Assembly: GCA_017552965.1 (NCBI GenBank) | Contig: JAFZNQ010000076.1 | Span: 22,035 to 86,034, forward strand | Direction of reading: 5' to 3' | DNA: 64,000 bases | Source: Abditibacteriota bacterium | Lineage (GTDB): Bacteria; Armatimonadota; UBA5829 | Position numbers and translations under genes: made by a program | In this document: positions 59,811 to 64,000 of the stretch, one piece after another | Numbering within the stretch: the first letter of the stretch is position 1 | How the letters are laid out: each line of letters begins with the position of its first letter | The notes under the pieces: model-generated | Told to the model about the DNA's origin: nothing | What the model saw: only the letters and a program-made list of their open reading frames with translations | The model's database searches: none

Positions 59811-59840
59811 TTGACTTTTTGCCGGCTCCGATGGTATAAT
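59811..59840 (+). promoter_or_regulatory. candidate promoter abutting the OMP start codon (leaderless transcript?)
   Basis: TTGACT (59811-59816), an 18-nt spacer, then TGG-TATAAT (59835-59840). Only 7 nt (AATATTT) separate the -10 from the ATG at 59848, and there is no Shine-Dalgarno sequence. Confidence 0.5.
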
Positions 59841-59847
59841 AATATTT

Positions 59848-61236
59848 ATGAAACAGACTATTACCCTCATCATCATATTGGCAGCCGCCTGTCTGCAGAT
59901 ACAGCTGTCCGGAGCAGAATATCCGAACGTGTACAGGCAGCCTCAGGGAGAGCCGGTGCTGGAAGCCGACCGCATCAGCGGCGGCAAGACGGACGTGGTC
60001 GCCGAGGGCAGCGTGGAAGCGGTGTATGACTTTTATCACCTGCTGTCGGACAGACTGGAATACAGGAAGGACCGGCTGTTCAGGGCGGAGGACCTGAGCC
60101 TCTTTACCTGCAGCGACACGGAGCGGCCCCATCTGTCCGTGAAGGCCGGGCTGCTGGAGGCCGAGAACACGGACGGCAAATACAGGATCAGGCTGAAGGA
60201 CCTGTCTGTCAATTACAGAAACAAGCGGATCCTGAAGATACCCGCCTACAACTACACCTACAACCCGGACGCCCGTTCGCCCATGATCAACCTGCCCGTA
60301 CCGGGCTACGGCAAGGGCGACGGCTTTACCCTGAAATATTCGCCCGTGTTCATAGACAGCTATCACACCTACGCCTCCGCGTCCATGAAATACGGCACCA
60401 AGAGCCGTTTTTCCTTTGACGCGGGGCTGTCCTACGGCTTTGACGGCTATCTGGACAACTCCCGCTACAAGACCCTGAAGGCCCAGGACGCCATCAGATA
60501 CGTCACCGATTACTCCCTGTCCTTCAGGGAGCCGGACCCCCGGGACCGCAAGCCCGCCCGGCTGGTGGGGGACGTGAACCTCTGCTACAAGCACAAGATG
60601 ACCACCTTGTACAAGGAAGCCATCAACGTGTACCGGATGCCTGAGGTCAGGCTCACCTACTATATGAAGGAATTGGGCAACGCCCGGGGAGCAGACCGGA
60701 GAGCGGTCCTCACCCCTTCCCTCCAGGTGAGCTGGTGCAGAGAAAAGGACCAGCCCGTGGACAAGAGCATGTCCATATTCTATGATGACAAATACAGGTC
60801 CAAATTCACCGCCGAGGCGGAGCTGCCCTATCTGCTGGGCACCTGGGGCGGCGTCACCGTGCAGCCGGTGGTGAAGGGCATATACAACAGATACGAGGAC
60901 AAGAGCACCTACAAGGCCCTGGCCTGCGGCGTGGACCTGGCCAGGTTTTACGGGGACAATTCCTTCTGGAACCTGAGGTATCTGTGGGCCAGGGAGGACG
61001 GCTTTACCCCCTTTGAGTTTGATTCCATCGCCTATGAGCAGGGGCTTATCGCCACCGCCCAAAAGGACCTGGGCAAATACATACTGGGGGGCTGGTACGC
61101 CTACAACTTCCATCTGAAAAAATCCTACAGATACGGCGTGGCCCTGGGCTACAAGACCGACTGCTTCTGGTCGGGAGCCTCCTATGACTTTTATGAAAAA
61201 AAGCTGAAGATGAGCGTGGCGATACTTGGTTTTTAG
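59848..61236 (+). CDS. outer-membrane beta-barrel protein, LptD/OstA-like
   Basis: Signal peptide MKQTITLIIILAAACLQIQLSGA. N-terminal OstA-like strand pattern (LEADRISGGKTDVVAEGSVEAVYDFYHLLSDRLEY). The body has alternating aromatic-rich beta strands, and the C-terminus ends ..SVAILGF (terminal Phe beta-signal). The LptD assignment is tentative. Confidence 0.5.
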   Translation: MKQTITLIIILAAACLQIQLSGAEYPNVYRQPQGEPVLEADRISGGKTDVVAEGSVEAVYDFYHLLSDRLEYRKDRLFRAEDLSLFTCSDTERPHLSVKAGLLEAENTDGKYRIRLKDLSVNYRNKRILKIPAYNYTYNPDARSPMINLPVPGYGKGDGFTLKYSPVFIDSYHTYASASMKYGTKSRFSFDAGLSYGFDGYLDNSRYKTLKAQDAIRYVTDYSLSFREPDPRDRKPARLVGDVNLCYKHKMTTLYKEAINVYRMPEVRLTYYMKELGNARGADRRAVLTPSLQVSWCREKDQPVDKSMSIFYDDKYRSKFTAEAELPYLLGTWGGVTVQPVVKGIYNRYEDKSTYKALACGVDLARFYGDNSFWNLRYLWAREDGFTPFEFDSIAYEQGLIATAQKDLGKYILGGWYAYNFHLKKSYRYGVALGYKTDCFWSGASYDFYEKKLKMSVAILGF

Positions 61237-61744
61237 TCTGCGTCTTGCCGGAAGGTGCCTGCTGGGCGCCTTCCTTTTGTATCTGTCCTCCCGGCTGAGA
61301 CTATGGACCGGCGGTCCGGTCCCGGTCACGGGCCAGACCTTTTGTCTGGCCCTCATGTGCCTGCTCGCCGACACAAAGACGGCGGTGGGCGCGTCGGTCC
61401 TGTATCTGGCGGCGGGCGCCGCCGGCCTTGACGTTTTTGCCGGAGGCCGGGGCCTCCACTCCGCCGGCGCCGGCTATCTGACAGCCTTCCCCTTTGCCGC
61501 TTTTCTCATGAGCAACCTGAGCCGAAAGGCCCGGCAGACCCTGGCGGGGCTCACCGTCAGCCTGCTGCCGGGACTGACCCTCATATACCTCTGCGGCACC
61601 GCGGGACTCATGGCCTCGGAAGGCGTCAGGACCGGCGCGGTGTGGGGCGCAGCCCCCTTTGTGTGCTGGGATATGGTCAAGCTGATATTTGCCGCGCTCC
61701 TCGCCCTGAGGGCCCGGAGCGGCAGGGAAGACACTGACGAGTAG
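61226..61744 (+). CDS. bioY: biotin transporter BioY (ECF S-component)
   Basis: PVPVTGQTFCLALMCLL...LYLAAGAAGLDVFAGG...GAGYLTAFPFAAF matches the BioY core. The TTG start overlaps the OMP gene by 11 nt. Confidence 0.8.
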   Translation: MVFSLRLAGRCLLGAFLLYLSSRLRLWTGGPVPVTGQTFCLALMCLLADTKTAVGASVLYLAAGAAGLDVFAGGRGLHSAGAGYLTAFPFAAFLMSNLSRKARQTLAGLTVSLLPGLTLIYLCGTAGLMASEGVRTGAVWGAAPFVCWDMVKLIFAALLALRARSGREDTDE

Positions 61745-61754
61745 CGGGAAAGAC

Positions 61755-61788
61755 GTCCCCGTCGGTCGCGGGAGCGACCGACGGGGAC
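61755..61788 (+). terminator. strong hairpin after bioY
   Basis: Perfect 15-bp stem GTCCCCGTCGGTCGC / GCGACCGACGGGGAC with loop GGGA. The U tract is weak (TTGATAAT). Confidence 0.6.
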
Positions 61789-61800
61789 TTGATAATACAT

Positions 61801-61831
61801 GCATCGGCAGGCGCAGAGCGCCTGCCGATGC
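61801..61831. terminator. second strong hairpin in the convergent intergenic region
   Basis: Perfect 13-bp stem GCATCGGCAGGCG / CGCCTGCCGATGC with loop CAGAG, followed by GCTTTAATGCTCTGCTTTTGC. Confidence 0.55.
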
Positions 61832-61944
61832 GCTTTAATGCTCTGCTTTTGCAAAAGGACCGCGAGCCCGGACCACGGACCAAGCCGGGATAGAAGAAGG
61901 CGCAAGATCGCCTTCCCGCAAGACACACATCCTGCGGGGCTCTG

Positions 61945-62541
61945 TCACGCTTCGGGGGTCATGCCGTGAAAGGCGGCAAAGTAAAGGGCAAAGGGTATAT
62001 CTATCCTGGCGCCGGCGAGACGGGCGTCCGTCAGGTCGCAGCCCTCGCAGCTGCATCTGAGGAGCGCAGCCTCTCTCAGGTCCGCTGCCCGGAGCCCGGC
62101 TTCTCTCAGGTCGCAGTCGGTCAGGTCGGCCTTCCGCAGGCTGCAGCCTGCCAGCGCCGCTCCCCTGAGGATGCAGCCGGACAGGTCCGCCCCGTCCAGG
62201 GTCAGATAGCTCAGCACCGAGTAGGACAGGTCGCAGGCGCCAAAGCTCAGACCGCCGGTCGCTGCTCCGGAAAAGTCGCAGCCCATGAGTCTGGAGGAGG
62301 CAAAGGAGGCCATAAAGAGGTTGGCTCCGTCAAAGCGGCAGTTGACAAAGGAGGAGCCGGAGACCCGGCACAGGTTCAGGGCGGCTCCGCGGAAGTCGCA
62401 GTCCGCAAAGGAGCAGCCGGTGATATGGGCTTCGGTCAGGTCCGCCGACCGGAAGGAGCAGCTCTGCCAGGAGTCTCCGGCGAGGGCCTTGCCGTACAGG
62501 CTGCGGCCGTCAAAGGAGGCGTCCTTATACTGCCGCTTCAT
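61945..62541 (-). CDS. pentapeptide-repeat protein, Qnr/MfpA/McbG-like size and layout
   Basis: Almost the whole 198 aa follows the A(D/N)LXX repeat (SFRSADLTEAHITGCSFADCDFRGAALNLCRVSGSSFVNCRFDGANL...). It has a short non-repeat C-terminal helix. The ATG follows GGAGGA, which lies inside the MATE gene. Confidence 0.85.
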   Translation of the reverse strand: MKRQYKDASFDGRSLYGKALAGDSWQSCSFRSADLTEAHITGCSFADCDFRGAALNLCRVSGSSFVNCRFDGANLFMASFASSRLMGCDFSGAATGGLSFGACDLSYSVLSYLTLDGADLSGCILRGAALAGCSLRKADLTDCDLREAGLRAADLREAALLRCSCEGCDLTDARLAGARIDIPFALYFAAFHGMTPEA

Positions 62542-63919
62542 CGGCTTCCTCCGAAGTCGGGGTCAGAGCCTTGCGCTTCCACCCTCCGCTGAAGAAGTAT
62601 CCGGTAATGAGTATGGAGCCGGCGATGAGGCCCACGACTATTCCCAGCCAGATGCCTGCTTCCTTCATGCCGTGGTTCATGTAGTACCAAGCCAGAGGCA
62701 CCCTCACGGCCCAGAGGCTGATAAGGGACACCACGGTGGCCACCCAGGTCTGGCCGGCAGCCAGGGGGATACCTTCTCCGCAGAACATAAAGGCGTAGAA
62801 GAGATAGGCCACCGCGTTGTATCTCAGATACACGATGCCCACCTCGATGGGTCCCTTTTCGTGGATGAATATCTTCATCAGGAACTCGGGGTAGAACCAG
62901 GACAGGAACGCGGGCACCAGAGTGGTGATGAGAGCCAGCAGGCAGCCCCAGTAAAATATCTTTTTTACCCTGTCAAATTTCTGCACGCCTATGTTCTGGC
63001 CGGCCATCATGCTCACGGCCATACAGATAGCCTGAGCGGGGGCAAAGGCCACGAAGTCTATTCTGGAGGCCGCTCCAAAGCCGGAGGTGACCACCACGCC
63101 GCACTCGTTGACAAAGCCCACTATGAATATGGAGCACACGTTGAGGATCACCTGCTGCAGCATGGTGGGGAAGCCCAGCTTCACGGTGATCCAGGCCAGA
63201 TCCTTCCGGAACTGCAGATTGCGCAGATGGGGGCACACCACCGACTTGGTGCTGACGAGCCTTATCAGCAGGCACAGGTCCACGATGACCTGGCTGATGC
63301 CCATGGCCAGAGCGGCGCCCATAATCCCCAGCTTCGGCAGGCCGAAGGGGCCGCACACCAGCAGCAGGGTAAAGGTGATGGTGAGAAACACGTTGACGAT
63401 CTGAAAATACATGGTAGGCTTGGAGTCGCCTATCCCTCTCAGACACGAGAACAAAAGGAACTGCAGGAACAAAAACGGCACCACCGCAAACTGTATGGTC
63501 AGAAACAGCTTGCCGTCGTGTATCATGGAGGGCTCTGCCTTGATGAGCTTCATCAGCAGGTCGGTGTTGGTGATGCCGAAGACCATGACCAGCGCGCAGG
63601 TGATCACCACCAGCACCAGGGAGGTGTCCACGATCTTGCGTATGCCCGCCAGGTCGTTTTTCCCGTAGGCCTGGGCCACCAGAATGGCGGTGGCTGTGGT
63701 AAAGCCCACGGCGATGGAGTTGGTCACGAAGATGATGGGCATCACGATGGCCACCACTCCCAGGGCCGCCGCGCTGACGAACTGGCCCAGTATCACAGCG
63801 GACACAAAGTTGTTCACCACCACGAACATCATCTGCGCCACCATGGGCAGCGAAAACCTGACCAGCAGCCTGGGAACGCTGCCTTCGGTCATATTCAGGC
63901 CGGTATCGCCTTTGTTCAA
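62525..63919 (-). CDS. MATE-family multidrug/toxin efflux transporter
   Basis: About 12 TM helices. The typical MATE N-terminus is present (GSVPRLLVRFSLPMVAQMMF...) and the two halves show an internal repeat. TTG start after GGGAGG; an ATG 9 codons downstream is an alternative. Confidence 0.9.
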   Translation of the reverse strand: MNKGDTGLNMTEGSVPRLLVRFSLPMVAQMMFVVVNNFVSAVILGQFVSAAALGVVAIVMPIIFVTNSIAVGFTTATAILVAQAYGKNDLAGIRKIVDTSLVLVVITCALVMVFGITNTDLLMKLIKAEPSMIHDGKLFLTIQFAVVPFLFLQFLLFSCLRGIGDSKPTMYFQIVNVFLTITFTLLLVCGPFGLPKLGIMGAALAMGISQVIVDLCLLIRLVSTKSVVCPHLRNLQFRKDLAWITVKLGFPTMLQQVILNVCSIFIVGFVNECGVVVTSGFGAASRIDFVAFAPAQAICMAVSMMAGQNIGVQKFDRVKKIFYWGCLLALITTLVPAFLSWFYPEFLMKIFIHEKGPIEVGIVYLRYNAVAYLFYAFMFCGEGIPLAAGQTWVATVVSLISLWAVRVPLAWYYMNHGMKEAGIWLGIVVGLIAGSILITGYFFSGGWKRKALTPTSEEADEAAV

Positions 63920-63949
63920 TGTATCCTCCCGACGTATTTCGCGTCTCTG

Positions 63950-64000
63950 TTATTGTTTGACGGCGCCATAGGGCTGCCTGATGTATTTCACGGGGACAAA
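63950..64000 (-). CDS. possible 3' end of a minus-strand gene truncated by the window edge
   Basis: The minus frame reads ..FVPVKYIRQPYGAVKQ then TAA (63950-63952), and is open to the window end. It is too short to judge. Confidence 0.25.
   Translation of the reverse strand, partial: FVPVKYIRQPYGAVKQ

Noticed and set aside
1-64000. Defence systems, prophage, integrative elements, toxin-antitoxin pairs, tRNA/rRNA genes
   Set aside because: I looked for nuclease/helicase/ATPase/methylase/reverse-transcriptase/integrase motifs and for tRNA-like cloverleaves in every intergenic gap over 50 nt, and found none. Every sizeable ORF is accounted for by housekeeping or carbohydrate-active functions. 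The only candidate protective module is the MATE + pentapeptide pair, reported above.

Overview
This is a GC-rich bacterial chromosome segment with strong GC3 bias. I see no rRNA, tRNA, CRISPR, transposase, integrase or phage genes. It holds about 52 protein genes in eight strand blocks.

Conserved core:
- rpmH-rnpA-yidD-yidC-jag-mnmE at 10.1-14.1 kb. rpmH is too short to appear in the ORF track.
- A long minus-strand dcw operon, mraZ-rsmH-ftsL-ftsI-murE-murF-mraY-murD-ftsW-murG. It runs on through 4-nt overlaps into gpsA and a CPBP protease (39.8 down to 24.8 kb).
- Also tpiA, grpE, ispG, rseP, eda and bioY.

Accessory content is dominated by secreted carbohydrate-active enzymes:
- a CE15-like esterase / eda / large GH / HAD / GH55-like block at 0-8 kb
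- a Big_2-tagged C1 peptidase + GxGYxYP glycosidase + lipoprotein operon at 17.9-23.9 kb
- a GH32/68-like propeller
- three tandem GH127-like (DUF1680) paralogues at 41.2-47.5 kb
- three tandem GH42-like paralogues at 51.4-58.4 kb

An LptD/OstA-like beta-barrel ending in Phe suggests a diderm host. I cannot name the taxon.

Most interesting observations:
- an identical-length 254-aa triple-Big_2 cassette on two unrelated enzymes
- two triplicated GH arrays flanking essential rseP-ispG, with mosaic near-identity between copies
- a MATE pump gene whose 3' end overlaps the start of a Qnr/MfpA-like pentapeptide protein gene
- a perfect 8-3-8 palindrome (PerR/Fur-box-like) over the -10 of an MBL-rubredoxin fusion gene
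- a structured mraZ leader with 10-nt-phased GTGGTG repeats
- a consensus promoter in an AT-rich patch inside mnmE
- an apparently leaderless outer-membrane-protein gene

I found no convincing defence system or mobile element. The many very long antisense ORFs are GC3 shadow ORFs. All family calls come from motif recognition by eye and need HMM/BLAST confirmation.
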